DNA of 64,000 nucleotides from Octopus vulgaris (taxonomy: Eukaryota), in NCBI GenBank assembly GCA_951406725.2, contig OX597832.1:6572001-6636000 (forward strand). Reading direction: 5' to 3'. The translations under genes and the position numbers were made by a program. A model generated the notes under the pieces. It saw only the letters and a list, made by a program, of their open reading frames with translations. It searched no databases and was not told the origin of the DNA. Below are positions 27,621-42,272 of this stretch, in pieces (within the stretch, counting starts at the first letter, position 1; each line of letters starts with the position of its first letter).

Positions 27621-28279
27621 TGATGTTGCATTGTACAAAACCTAAGCAATGACTGCACAAAGGATGTCTGAAAGCTAGAAAGAAATGAAGCAAGGATGCT
27701 CTTCAACTAGATGCATGATATTTTTATGCATGAATGATAGCATAAATGAACTGAGAAAAATTTAGTATAGGAGTAATCAGATGTAATGATCTAGAGAGAT
27801 GATTCAATTGGTATGAACATGTGATGCATAGTGGGGTGGTGGTGGCAGCAGCAGTTAAGTAAATAATTGGTAAGCAGTCCAAGAGGAAGGAACCTACTGA
27901 AGAGGATAGAGTGGTGAAGATTGTTCTTGAAAGGCTGACCTCCATAAAGGAAATGACAAAAAACTTCAATAAGTAGTAAGATGCTGTGCTAGAAAAGACC
28001 CATCCAGAACATGCATGCAAACATGGATAAATGGATATATATTTATATATGCATGTATATATACATGTAGATGTCGGTACGTACATATATGTTTGTATGT
28101 ATGCATATATTTTATTTATTACACTATATATATATATATATATATATAGATAGATAATTACAAAGATGATAATGGTTGATATATATATGTGTGTGTGTGT
28201 GTGTGTGCGTGGAGGGAGTTGTTTTCGTGTGTTTGTATGTGTATATGTATGTGTACATGCATATGTAGGTGCATACTCT

Positions 28280-28468
28280 TTTACTTGTTTCAGTCATTTG
28301 ACTGCGGCCATGCTGGAGCACCACATTTAGTCAAGCAAATCAACTCCAGCACTTATTCTTTGTAAGCCTAGTACTTATTCTATCGGTCTCTTTTGCCGAA
28401 CCGCTAAGTTATGGGGGCATAAACACACCAGCATTGGTTGTCAAGCGATGTTGGGGGGGATGAGCACA

Positions 28469-28508
<40 letters not shown>

Positions 28509-28665
28509 TATATACGAGTGGCTTCTTTCAGTTTCTGTCTACCAAATCCACTCACAAGGCTTCGGTTGGCCCAAGGCTATAGTAGAAGACACTTGCCTAA
28601 GGTGAGTGAGACTGAACCTGGAACCATGTGGTTGGGAAGCAAGCTACTTACTCCTGCGCCTATCC
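28280..28665 (-). mobile_element. SINE family A, full length
   Basis: ctcttttacttgtttcagtcatttgactgcggccatgctggagc...ctcctgcgcct; a 25-bp tandem duplication covers the head (28643-28693). Confidence 0.88.
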
Positions 28666-28886
28666 ATGCTACTTACTCTTTCGCCTATCCATGAACAAAC
28701 ACATAACTCACACTTGCCCAGTCTAGAAAACTATACAATAAATAGAGGTGGGAGACACAGAACATAGTAGTAAATGTCAGTAGTAAGTGTGTCATTAACA
28801 TGCTGTCTTTGGATCCTTCCTATCCATCCATGGCGAACAAGTGCATTAAATTAGTGTTTTGTCCAAAGGAAGAAATATTTACCAAT

Positions 28887-29560
28887 TTGTGTTGCAAGAT
28901 GCCTGATGTGAAATTGTGTGTTGAAACAGAATGGAGTAAGTTTAGCAAGAACTCACACAAAAACAAAAAGTGTCACTGAAGTGGTCACAGATGTGTGACA
29001 AAAGATTCCTGGGCAATGGACATGAGTTAAAATAATATAAGAACAATAATAAATGAGTGAAGAAAAAAAATTTATTTGGCCAAAAAAAAAAAAAACGAAG
29101 GAAAAAGATCATCTTGAAATACAACAATTTCTGTTTCAACACACGGTTTCACATCAGGAATCTTGCAACACAAAATGACAAACGTAATGACTTAAGCCTC
29201 AGCCAGGCTAGCAAGACGTTAAAAAACACTATATTCTGTTGTCTTAAGATCATCACAATACAATAACTTCACTTCATAAAACTATGTGTCTCCTCCAGGA
29301 CTTACTCCTGGATGGTTACTAACAAGGTAGGAAAACTACAACTAACCAGAGGATATCTATCTTAGAAGAACAGAATGGAGTAAATGGAGCAAGAACACGC
29401 ATGAAAACAAAAAGTGTCGCTGAAAAGTCATGTGGGGCGAAAGATTTCTGGACAATGGACATGAATTGAAATAATAAAATAACAGTAATAAATAAATGAA
29501 GAAAAAATAGTGCGTGTGTTTATTTGACAAAACAAAAAAGGAAATTATCTCGAAATACAA
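28887..29560. repeat. ~195-bp direct duplication, first unit bracketed by a 45-bp inverted repeat
   Basis: IR ttgtgttgcaagatgcctgatgtgaaattgtgtgttgaaacagaa (28887-28931) / ttctgtttcaacacacggtttcacatcaggaatcttgcaacacaa (29129-29173); unit agaatggagtaa...gaaatacaaca at 28928 and 29372. Confidence 0.8.
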
Positions 29561-32500
29561 CAGAATAAATATTTCTCTATTGCTTAAACATTTAAAATCT
29601 CAGATATGAGTACACAACTAATAATGTCAAAGACCAGAATCCCCCCAGCCCAAATATTTACCCCTTCATTGTCTTTCTCTCTCCCTTCCTTTTACCCACT
29701 TTATAAATTACTGGTAGGTTTAGTTATATATTGTTTCTAATTTTTTTTTTTTTTTTTTTTTAAATATAAGTTCAGAGTTTAACAATAAAGGCAATCTTTT
29801 CTGAAGTGCTGATTCAGTTATTAAACAAACATGCCTTCACCTAGGAGTCATTCATAATTAAAATATTTGAGTTGAAAGCTTTCTAAAAACATAACTAACC
29901 TCCCACTCTTTAAAAATAATATATTGTCTGCTTTCAATCCCAGTGGCAATATTTCCTTTATTTGTATGAATGTTATGTAAAAATGTTAAATTTTTTTACT
30001 TACACCCAGTATGGGGAATATCATTATGCCATGACTCATTTAGGTATTTTGATTCCTGTCCTGTAAGTAATTTTGGGCTAAAAGACATATTTTCGAAAAC
30101 CCATTAGATTCCCTTTTTTATTTATTTATTTTTTTAATATTCATCTTAATTTGTCTGCTTTATTTTTTTTTTAAGTTTGTATTCCATTTTTGTTTCTTAT
30201 CATTGAAGAAAAAGAGACATCACTGTAATCTTTGCAGACACTCATAGACTAGTGAAGTTGATGTGGTTGATATTCAACTTCTGAAGGTTGTGATATCTGT
30301 AGGAAAAATTTTGAGTAAGGGAGAGTTCTCAAATGCTTCAGTTCTGGATGGGAAGGATTTAGTGTGGATTTGATTTCATTTCATTAAGTGGATAAGACAG
30401 AGTGGGAGGCAAGAAAGAGAAATATGTGCACTAGTTGAGCATGAGAAGGAGTGGTGTTCAGTTTACAACAATGCAATCCATTGTAATAGGGATAGAAAGG
30501 AAATAAAATGTTTTTGTGTACCAGTAGTTGTAGTATGTTGGTGAAGAGTTCTTACTGATCAAATGTATATTTTAGAATTCTTTAGATATCAGATTTTGTG
30601 TGTCCTTTACAGAGAGAAAGATTGAAGAGACACTAATCTTTTTATTAAACATGTTTTACCTGCATGTTTTTCTTTTTGTAAATAATCTAAGTTCTGAAGC
30701 TGTCATTAAGCTACTTTTTTTCTTATCAAAAACAGCAGATAGATCTCTAGTCTGTTTTATTATAGATGCAATCTATTAGATGACAGTATATACCAAAGCA
30801 ACTTTGAACGATTCAAAAGAGAACAGTATAGTTATCAATTCTATTACAAATGTAATAATTATTGAGGTAGTTATAATTAAAAACCTTCTATTTGAGACAT
30901 TAAATTGGTTTTTCTAAACCATCTTGGTCATAAATTTTATTTATTTATATAATTTAATTTCCTAATAAAACTACTTCTCACGTGTAATATTTAATCAAAT
31001 AGAGTCCCCACATTTAAGGGTATTTTTCTTGTTTCATCATGATCATCTGGAAGACATTAGATGAGCTCTCTTTCAATTTACTTTTAATACAATGAAGACT
31101 TTAGCATTTTACACGCTAAGCATATTGATCTTTCTTTTTTTTTCTAATGAGTACAAGGGCTGTTTTTGTAAGACAGGAAGTATTGTCATCAGAATCATCA
31201 TCATCATCATTATATTGCCAAAATTTAATTTAATTAACCTGTGTAGTGGAGTTGAAAGCAAACATAAGTTGAGCAAGGTGTAAATATGTAAACGAATGAA
31301 CAAATCTAAATGTGATTATATTTAGTTTGGCACACTACTGATAGAGCAATTTCTATTAACCTTGCCTCGAACACAATTCTTTTTTTTTTGTTTTTGTTGT
31401 TTTGCATTTCTGGTTTGAACAAAGTGGTTTTTATTTGGATGCATGTTTTTTACAGCTGGATGCCCATATATACATTAACTATTCATATAATCAGAAGGAA
31501 TTGAATCTGTTTTTAATATGTAAATTAAGGCAAGCAGAGTCATGAAATTCCAACAGTTATTTAGTAAGAGCATGATCCATAATAAAACAAAAGGCTAGTT
31601 AGATATTTAGTGTTTTATTTATTTAGGTTTAGACGGTTTTATAGGTTTAGATATTTGCATGTTGGATTGAAACAGTATTTTATTTCTGAAAAGCCAAATT
31701 CTGTGCTGAGCATTCAAACATAAAATAGGAGTGGTTTTATATAGACTGGCCTCTAATAACTAATGAAGGATAGTTTTCATCTGTATAAATCTGATTGGTA
31801 ATAAAATCAAAAGAAATTTATAGCGTGTAAGATGAAGCTAAAACAATTGTTTGGGCAGAGCTCTTTGTTCAAATGAAAATATAAGCAAATAGAAAGAAAT
31901 GTGTTGCATTTCTCTCATCTTTATTATTCTTTTTGTATGATTGTAAAGCTTAGTTCTGTGGGAATTTAAATTTATAAATGTAGTACCTGACACTTAATAT
32001 CTTATAGCAATGATCTACCAATTAACATTTGAATAAGATGTGAAACATCATTTAGATGTTTCATGAAGTACTGACTGCCTCTTTTCTGAAGTACCAACAC
32101 AGCAATTTACATTTTTGAAGTAGTCTCTTCAGTCCCATAAAGCAACAGTGTTTAGATTTATGATGTATAGAGACCATTTATTACATGAAAAATTTACATT
32201 CTGTGTCTTGTTGAAGATTTTCACATCTTCAAGAGCACTTATTGGTTAATGCCTTTTAAATATAATCAATTAGATAGGAAATAAAGGTTTCATATAATTG
32301 AGCTTAATCGGGATTTAAATAATTACTGGGTTATTTCACTATCCTAAAATATATTTCTTAAAATGTCTGTCACTAATTCTTCAGATGTTTTATAAAGGCT
32401 GGCACTTAACTCTAGTTTAAAAACCATTGGTTAGATAAAAGATAGATTTCAAGCATCAAATTAAGTGTTCTGTTTGGAGACACAAGGGAACACACTAGAA

Positions 32501-35500
32501 ATGAATTCATGTTCTTAAACTGATAGTTCTGTAAATATCATATTCTGTTAACCATTTTGCCTATACTCTTAATTTGAAATTCAGTATTTTTGTTGTTACC
32601 TTTGATCATAACTTGCAGCAAGGCTTGAGCAAATCATGATTATTTTTTACACTATTAAATTCCAGTTATGTAGAAGATTGGAAGAATAACTTTTGTACTG
32701 GAAACTGGTTACTTCAACACTTTTTAAATGTGTGTGATGGATGACTATTTAAAGTCATCGTTCTGATATTAAAGACAATGAGTTCAAACTTTTTCCTTGA
32801 TATAACATAATTTAGGCATATCAATCGTTTTGCCTTCTTCAAGCTAGTTAAAAATTATTTTATATTTTTACTTTACACATGTACTCATCAGCACAAAACC
32901 TCATACCTCAAGTGACATAAATCTCCAGTTATGCACAAGCATTTTAGCGATAAATCTATAACAATCACAAAAATCAAATATATTAAAAAATTCAACATAA
33001 ATAAACTGAAAATAATTGCAATAATTGTATTGATATTAATTTTGATTGCTTTGTAATTCCTCAGGACTGATATTAAGGATCCAGCTCCCTAGTACCATAG
33101 ATCTTAAATAGGATTATCAGAGAACATGTTAACATGTCAATGTCAGTTTAGTAGTCAATAAAAGTATTATTTTACTACTTTCATGTATGTGTGTGTCTCT
33201 GTTTAATATCAGCATCACATCTGATATAATATCAAGTATAACATCAAAATGGCACTGAATAAACCATATGTGTCTGTTAGTTTTCTGAGATTGGCATTAT
33301 TTTTTCTGCTTCTAGTTATAGGCACTTAATGTACTATATTGTATTTTTGCTTGCAAAAGAAGTATTTTGTGGCTAGCCATAGTACAATATTATCAGTTAG
33401 ACCAACTTAGCTTTAGGTTTCTCAATAATTACTACTTTAAAACAGTTGTGTTGCTAAGTAGTAAACTAAAAAAAATGATTCCGTGAAGATTAGTAAAGCA
33501 GATTATAAACTGATAAATTTGCTTCCTTTTAATTATAAATTCTAATATTATTTAATGTTTCAACATGGTGGACATAAATATTAAACATTTTTTCTATATC
33601 CATTTACTTAGTGTTTGTGAATAAGTTGTATCTGTCTTTCTGCTAGTTCAAATCTTGGAGTATTATGAGTTAATAATGCCAGCATATTTGTTGTCCATAT
33701 TATATTGTTGAATATTTACTGGAAATGATAATATAATAGTCTTTCATTATTGAGAATTGTAATTGGAAACATTATTCCTAGAACATGATTTAGAAATTTG
33801 AATCCTAACAGTACCCCTTTTATGTAACCAAATTTAACACCTATCTAAATGTCAAATTATAAGTGGCTAAGAATTATAAATGATAAAAAACCTTCTCTAG
33901 TTATAAAAGACAAGTGATTTGTGTTTTTCTGCATATACTCATCACTTATTTAGTTTCTAGCTGTTGATCAGAAACTGATGTTGACTATTAAAAACTATAA
34001 TGATATAATTAGTATAACATTCCTTAGTTCTGGAAAATCCCAAAGTATAGTAACCTTATGAAACTGTCTAAATTAACCCAGCCTGCATATGAATTCAGCT
34101 GGTAATAAGAGTGGCCAACTAAGTCAAGTTTAGGCATTATCAAGCCTAATAAAGGCTAAACCGAGCAATTATTTCAGAAAACTTATTGGATCACTTCTGT
34201 AACAAGTAACTGGTATCTTTGCCCTGAGTGGTTTTACTTGTATATTAGATACCCTTCAGAATTCACTAAAATTTATGAATCTAAGCTGAGCAGGATGTTT
34301 TATTACAAAGTAGTTGTTTATGTACTTGATTTGTTAGAAATCCTAGCTAGCAAACTGAAAAGGATATATCTTAACTCAATACTATTTACCATATAAAACT
34401 ACTAAATCTTGTAAAAATATATTTAAAATATTCATGTCAGGTTAATTTTATATAAAAGATTACATTCAAAGAAATTTTTGTATGAAATCCAACACGTCAC
34501 TATACAACCACCCTATAGATATTTTAAATTAACTATCACAATTCATTATATATTATGTCATAATGAAAAAGCTTTTTATTGATTATTATCTGCCTAAATT
34601 GAAACAACAATATTGATTATTTTATTTTAACTTAAAATACAATTGACTTCATTTATACAGGATTTATTTCTACCAAATGGAAATTTTACAAAAGGTTAGA
34701 CACTAGCAAACATAAATAAATATTTAACTTGACACTAATCTGTTATTCAAAGAGAAAATTTTTCTTATTGATTTCTTTTTGACAAGGTAAATTTTTCTAG
34801 GATCGGGTATAGCTGATTGAATTCAATCAGTGTATTATTGTTATATTGTTTATCAACACCTAAGATAGAGAACGCTACTTTCATTGTTGGTACTTATACT
34901 GTTTCCAAGTTGTCCAGCATTTTACTGTCTCAACTAACATTGCACATCTCAGTATCAATGAAATTTGGATCATAAACTGATTTGTATGAGATAAGAATTT
35001 ATGGTTAGCAAGTAAGGACATTGAAACCTGATGAAAGAAACAAAAATGGGGTAAACATCTGAATATCATTCCAACTTAAGAAATGGTAATTAGAGTTAAA
35101 ATAAGTGAAATTAATTTTGGTAAGGTAGTCTAGATCAGCAACTAGTTCACTTTGTCTTCCCCCCCCCCCCTCTCTCTCTCTCCTTCCCAACTTTCTGATC
35201 TATCTACAGCTTATACTGCTGCTCTCTTCCCACTTCTTATCACCTCTTCCTTCTTGAGCTATTTCTTTTACCTTGTCCTTTATACTGATGTTTATATCAT
35301 CAGCTACATTCACCTCCATGCCCATCGATAACCACTTGTCACTCTCTTTTTACACTCCAAATGCCTGATCCACCATCTCTATCTTCTTTCCAGCTACACC
35401 CATCAACTCCTAATGCTGGTAGCCATGTATCTTTTCTATAGCAAGACACCTGTACCTATCTCTCTATCATACTTTAGCCTCTCAGCGCCTGATATTATAT

Positions 35501-35529
35501 TGCCTCTCTCTAGGAGGCTTCTTATTTAA

Positions 35530-35740
35530 AGTTACATGGCAACCTTCACTTGTTCTGGTGTTACAAAAAAAAGTACACTATACACTCTGTGGAGTGGTTG
35601 GGTTTTGGGAGGGCAGCCAGCTGTGACCTCCCCCACTACCAAAACCAGCCATTGGAGCTCAATGTAGTCATCCAGCTTACTGGATCCTGTCAAACTGTCC
35701 AACCACACCGGCATGGAAGATGAATGCCAAATGATGATGA
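35530..35740 (+). mobile_element. RTE-type 3' tail, decayed
   Basis: gagtggttggg...gggcagccagctg...caaactgtccaacc...gcatggaag...atgatgatgatg. Confidence 0.55.
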
Positions 35741-36816
35741 TGTTGCCACATTCCGTTCCTAAAAACTCTACTATTGAAAGTGGTAGAAGCAAAATAACTG
35801 TGAAATACAGTATTGGATTACCTACTCGTGAATTGAAATCTACCACTTCTTAATGAGTTTTTGATCAGTATGTTTCATTCTACACTACTTCGATGTTTGT
35901 AACTATCCAGTATTAAACCGTCTGGGATTATTGCTTCTAATATACAAACATCTTATCCAGGAGGGATTTAATTCTCAGAAGCTTCATACCATGAAATTGG
36001 AGCTGTAAACTGGTTCTCAAGTACTTCCCCACAACACCTTTAATGCTTAGGAGATATTTATATTACTACTAAAAATCCACACTGCACTGATTAAGGTATA
36101 TTTCATTAAGACTATAAATTTCTTTTTTGACTCACTAAATAATAAAGCTTTAATAAAAGCAATACATTGTCTCTTACATTGCATCTTAAAAATGAAATAT
36201 GTATTGGTTTCCTACTACCTCATAGTATCACTTTTCCAATAAATAAAGTAGTTGGGACATGTTTTTAAGTGCCCTCTCATGTTTTTGTATGATTGTATTG
36301 TAATGCACTCACAAGTAGACATGCTTGGTTTATATCAACTAACATCAGCCTATAATTACTTTATAAACTAACCCACTTTATCATTGTATGTTGCTGCAAC
36401 AAGTCAGCATACTTATTCATAGCCAAGTATGTTTGAGTGCAATGTTCTATAGTGCATTGTAATTCTACAAAAGGAAATTTATCTTTCTATATTTGCTTAT
36501 GGTTTGCTAAAAGTGATGTAGGTATTCTTCAATTTTTCTCATGTAATATTAGTGACTTGTTTTCTAGCCATGTTTCTCTCAAGTTTATATATTTTTGCAA
36601 TTAAACAGTGAATTAATGCATGAAAAGTTTAAGCATCATTAACTACCAGCTCCCTTTTCCCTTCCTCTCTTATTGTTAAAAATTTGAACTAATTTCCAAA
36701 GAATAGTGTAGCAAAATTTATAAATTCTTTGTTTCAGCCCTAGCTTATTTCAAAATAGAAGAAATGCTCTAATATGTGTATGTTTGATTATATAGTTTAT
36801 TGGCATGCGTAAGAAC

Positions 36817-37245
36817 CACCATCATCATTTAACATTCACTTTTCCATGCTTGCATGGGTCAGATGGAATTTTGTTGAAGCAGATTTTTATATGGCTGGAT
36901 GCCATTCCTGTCACCAACCCTCACCCATTTCCAAACAAGGTGATATTTCCCATGGCCAAACATGTTTTTCCACAGAAGACTGCAATCAAACAACATCACT
37001 TGTGTGATGGTGTGCTTGTTTACAGCCGTCACATGATATCAAGATAAGGATGTACACATATGCATGCACATACACATGCACATACATCACACACACACAC
37101 CTTTCAGTTTGTCTACCAAATCCATTCCCAAGGTTTTAGCTTGCTCAGGATAATAATAGAAAGCACTTGTCCAAGGTGCTACACAGTGGGATTGAACTTG
37201 AGACAACATAGTTGGAAGCAGGCTTCTTAAACACACTACCAACCT
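36817..37245 (-). mobile_element. SINE family B, near full length
   Basis: RTE-like tail (catcatcatttaacattc...) at the left, family-A core and head (ttcagtttgtctaccaaatcc...gggattgaac) at the right. Confidence 0.7.
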
Positions 37246-37757
37246 GTGCTTTCATATGAATTAGTGATGAAAAATTATTTACAAGCTATAAAGTATAAAC
37301 TCATCTATGAAGTACAGAGAATTTCAGCATTTATAATGTTTACTTACATTTCTAAACTTTTACCCTTGATAGAAACATTAGAGCACCTGATTAAATGGTT
37401 TTTTTCTGAACCTTTACATTTCGAGCAAAAATTCTGCGAAGAAACACTTTGTCTGATATTTGGTCTGGGTTGATAAAATAAATCCAAAAAATTTCTTTGC
37501 TCCAATTTTACAAATCTATAACTTCATGCCAATGTTACAAAAATGTTATTTCAGCATTTAGTTTCTACAGCTCATCTGCAGCATTCCTGTGAAACATCAT
37601 ATTGATACACAGCCATGATTGATTAATTTTTAAAAAATTGTATCTTTGTAAAGTTAATCAATCACAACTTATCTCATTAAAAAATATTCCTTCCTGCTAA
37701 TTTAAATTAGTAATTGGGGCAATTTCTGTATTGATTTTGTATCTGCATGCCTCCCTA

Positions 37758-37790
<33 letters not shown>

Positions 37791-38344
37791 CACACACACA
37801 CACACACGTGTCTATCTGCGTGTGTGTGTGTGTGTGTCCCTTTCTGATAGTCATTTTAGAATATATTTTCACCAAGTGTCCTCTGCATGGCTAGCTTTCT
37901 TTTTGTTAAAGATGGTCGTCCTTTTTTTTTTTTTTTTTGCCTTTGGTGCAGCCATTCACACCTTGAATTTTAAGGTCTTACAAACTTTTATTGTTTCAAA
38001 TATCATAGTTGCCTTCTTTGTCACCATTACATGCGTACACCTTTTCTTCTAAAATCTATGTACAAATCTACACACGTTCTTATTGGCCTTGTTGCTCTCA
38101 TGATAACAGGTATCAGATAAAAATGTACTTTGGGTTTGCATATGAAGGTTACTTCTCAACAATTTCTAGATACTATCATCCCCTTTCATTTCTCCTACCA
38201 CATTGATGTCTAGTGCATAACAGCGGAACACGTTTGTATTTTTTTTGGTCCCAAACAATAACATCAGGTTAGTTATATTTGAATTTTATTACTGGTTTCA
38301 GTTTTAGGTTCCACTAATCTTTTGATCTATCAGTTACAATATCA

Positions 38345-38553
38345 ATTTCAGTCATTGGTCCGTGGCCATGCTGGGGCATTACCTTTAAGAGTTTGTCAAC
38401 AAATTGGCCCTAATACTGATTTCTCTCTTTTTTTTAGCTTGGTACTTATTCTGTCAGTCTCTTTTGTTGAACCACTAAGTTATAAGGATGTAAACAAATC
38501 AACACTGGTTGCTTAGCAGTGGTGTGAGCCAAACACAAAGGCACATGCATGCA

Positions 38554-38605
<52 letters not shown>

Positions 38606-38790
38606 CACTCACTCACTCACACACACACACACAGCTTCTTTCAGTTTCTATCAACCAAGTCCACTCACAAAGCTTAGGTTGGCCTAGGGCTGTAGTTAAA
38701 GACACTTTCCCAAGGTGCCATGCAGTGGGACTGAACCCAGAATCATGTGGTTGGGAAGCAAAACTTCTTACCACACAGTCACACCTGTAT
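38345..38790 (-). mobile_element. SINE family A
   Basis: ttcagtcattgg...ggccatgctggggc...cccaaggtgccatgcagtgggactgaaccc...ttaccacacag. Confidence 0.85.
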
Positions 38791-39552
38791 TTGTTGATAT
38801 TTTCTTCATCACTATGTTCTAGATTGCTCTGGCTACAGTATTATGTCTCAGGGAAAGGTAATATCTAGAGATACTTTGGTTTTGGTTCTGCATTGCCTAC
38901 GTTTCTTGTCAGCTGAGGATTTTTATCTTTTCTATATATTAAATTCTTGGAAAAGAATTTCTTGTATCTATATTACATAAAGGTGACCTTCAGTATTAGC
39001 TGCTCCAAACTTATTGGTGCTCCATAACAGTCTTTTAGTGTGGTTTGTTCTTTCTACAATTGGCCTTTTTTCATTTCAAGGCCCATGTGTACCTTTCTCA
39101 CTGAGCTATTGTAAGTGTTGCAATTATTATGCTAAGTTGGACTTTACCATGTTTCTTGGCAGGAGATCTATGTCAGTTTTTATTTCATGTCTCCTCTCAA
39201 GTTTATCAACTGATATATTGATTTTTATATTTTTGTGCTCACAAACTGAAGTGGGAGAGTTGCTAAGCTTTTTTCTCTCTCCTAGAAGTGATGCTCCAGT
39301 CTAACAATCTGGGTCTTGTTTGATGTTAATGCAGATTTAAGGCCACAGTTGCCCTCCATGCATGGGAAATATAATTTGTCTACATTCCCACTGATGTTGA
39401 AATTTCCAGTAATCCTGAATATTTCTATCTAGGTTAAGTTATTTTAATTGCTAGTTCCGGATAAATGTACTTGTTAAGATAGATACTAGTAAGGTGTTGT
39501 GAAATAATGTGTATATACACATATACATTTGCATGCGTGTGTGCATTTTATA

Positions 39553-39596
<44 letters not shown>

Positions 39597-39622
39597 AATT
39601 ATACATACATGTATATTTATAT

Positions 39623-40010
39623 TCATCATCATCATCATCATTTAACGTCCGTTTTCCATGCTTGAAATTGGTTGGACGGTTCAACCGGGGTCTGGGAAGC
39701 CAGGAGGCCGCACCAGACTCCAGTCTGATCTGGTAGTGTTTCTACAGCTGGATGCCCTTCCTAACGCCAACCATTCCATGAGTATAGTGGGTGCTTTTTA
39801 CATATCACCAGCACAGGGGCTAGAGGAGGCTGGCAACAGCCACGATCGGTTGGTGCTTTTTACGTACCACTGGCACGGAAGCCAGCCAAGGTGGCGCTGG
39901 CATTGACATGCCAATGGCACGGGTATCACAACTACAATTTCCATTTGATTTTGATTTTAATGTTGATGTACTTGACTCAATAGGTCTCCTCAAGCACGGC
40001 AGTCGTCCCC
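39623..40010 (-). mobile_element. RTE-type LINE 3' UTR with (ATG)n tail
   Basis: (CAT)n tttaacgtccgttttccatg...ggatgcccttcctaacgcc...ggtctcctcaagcac. Confidence 0.8.
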
Positions 40011-40019
40011 CACGATCCA

Positions 40020-40960
40020 AGGTAAGCACAGCACACATGTATACCAGAACTAGAGTAGAAGTTCCAGGTATGGAAACAAGGTCTAAAATCGAAGGGCCTT
40101 AAAGTTAACCTAGCAAAAACTAAAATCTTAGTAAGTAAGCAAGCAGACAAATCACAAATCGTTGTGGACACATAAAAGGTGTAGCAACATCAGAGGAAGG
40201 TTAACAGGGAAACTAGCTTTTGTATGTGGAAGAAGCGCAGGTACAATAAATGTTGAAAATGTGCAGAAAATAGACTTCATCAACTACCAGTGGCGAAAGC
40301 TAGAGGTAGTAGATAGCTTCCATTATCTAGGTGACCAAGTTAGTAGTGGAGGTGGATGCTCCAAGAGCGTAGCTGTGAGAATAAGATTAGGTTGGGCAAA
40401 GTTCAGAGAGCTCCTACCTCTGCTGGTAACAAAGGACCTCTCTCTCAGAGTAAAAGGCTGATTGGATGATGCCTGTGTACAAACTGCTATACTACACGGC
40501 AGTGAAACATGGACTGTAACAGCCGAGGACATGCGTAGGCTTGAAAGAAATGAAGCCAGTATGCTTCGCTGGATGTGCAATGTCAGTGTGCATGTTCGAC
40601 AGAGTGTAAGCATCTTGAGAGAAAAGTTAGACATAAGAGGCATCAGATGTGGTGTGCAAGAGAGATGACTGTACTAGTGTGGTCATGTGATACATATGGA
40701 TGAGGACAGCTATGTAAAGAAGTGCCAATCTCTAACTGTGGAGGGAACCTGTGGTAGAGGTCAGCCAAGGAAGACATGGGATGAACTGGTGAAGCACGAT
40801 CTTTGAGCCCCATGGAGGCAATGACTAGTGACTGAGACCTTTGGCGATATGTTGTACTTGAGAAGACCTGTCAAACCAAGTGAAATCATAGTCATGGCTG
40901 ATGGTGGTGTCACGTAACTGGCACCTGTGCTGGTGGCAGGTTAAGAGCACCTTTCAAGCA
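40020..40960 (+). mobile_element. RTE-clade LINE: RT C-terminal region plus start of 3' UTR, disrupted
   Basis: KVNLAKTK, LEVVDSFHYLGD, RIRLGWAKFRELLPLL, LHGSETW...LERNEASMLRWM, GHV..M, GRGQPRKTW motifs with stops and frameshifts. Confidence 0.9.
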
Positions 40961-41162
40961 TTGAGATTCAGATGAAAACCTTGTAGAATGCTACTCATTT
41001 TACACCTTCGATGTATGATAATTACACATCCTACCAATGTATTACAGATGTAAAAATGTGTTGAAACAATTGTAGTGATTTTAAAGAAAGAATGTTGTTC
41101 ATTCCATTTTCTATCAGTTGTCTGTTTATATAATATGTACTTATATAAGGTATATATATATA

Positions 41163-41668
41163 CTAGCAGTATCGCCCGGCGTTGCTCGGGTTTGTAAGGG
41201 AAATAACTATATAAGCATTTTTAGAGAGTTACTTCCCTTATAAATTCGGGCTTTCTTAGCCATTTTTGTTTTGGTGTCTTCAAGCCATGAAGTCGTTGTT
41301 CTAAAAGAACGCTGGTTTCCTTCACAATGCATTACGACGTTGATTTCTTTACACTCCCTTCCCCACAGCTTCATGAGGGAGGGAAGGGGGAGAAGCAAAC
41401 AGGTGCAGCTGTGAGCGTGGACGCCAACTCCGCCGCCATCGACATACGATGCATTTTATGCATTAAAATGGAATAAAAAATTATGTTAAATTATTTTTAA
41501 AATCGTAGACTCATCGTTGACGCGCGCTAATAGTCAGACGGGCTCGATATGAATCACGACTATAAGATACCCGAATTTGGTTAAACTGCACCGCAAAATG
41601 TGGGAGGAGTTAGGAATCTAAATCGAAGGGGACAGACACTCACACAACTAGAGTTTTATATATATAGA
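41163..41668 (-). mobile_element. Non-autonomous Helitron, 506 bp, young-looking
   Basis: Minus strand A|TCTATATATATAAAA...TGTCTGTC...CCCGAGCAACGCCGGG hairpin...CTAG|T; CpG-rich relative to flanks. Confidence 0.88.
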
Positions 41669-42272
41669 TATGCACTCATTCCTACTCAATCCACCTTTAT
41701 TGCTTTCTGACTTTGTCTCTGTGTGTCTCTCTCACTCCCTCTCTCTCTCATTTCCTGATATTACTTTCCCCCTTTCTCTCCTGTCTTATCTTTTCTGCAT
41801 GTAACACTTTACCTTCCAATGTATAATGTGGGGTAGTGCTGCTTCCCCCTCACCTGCTATCCTATTACTGTGACACACTCTCTCTCTCTCTCCCTCCTTC
41901 TTTTACACTAATCTTTGACATTGCTCTTCCCCTTCCCTTCTATTCTATTTTCTGTTATTACTCGGCTCTCTCCTAATACTGTTTCCTCTTTTATTCTCTC
42001 CTCTACAATGTTCCTACTACAATAAATCTGCTCCATCCATCACATTACAAGCTACTGGATAACCTCACCAGTACTAGTACCAAAATATGTGGTTGGTAAA
42101 TCAAGTCACACAGCAACAATGTAGTTTGAGGGGGATCAAGTAAGAATATTATTGACAGCGACTTCAGAGTTTTTGCCAGTTAGGCTGAGGTTAATCTAGC
42201 ATTATATAGTCTGCTTTGGAGTATAGCCTTGGCTTCATAAAGAAATGTCAAAACCACTGTCAGTAATATTCT

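Noticed and set aside
35029-35062. CTGATGA...GAAAC as a hammerhead
   Set aside because: No stem II and no stem I pairing; likely a chance match. The same applies to CTGATGA at ~3748 and ~14449.
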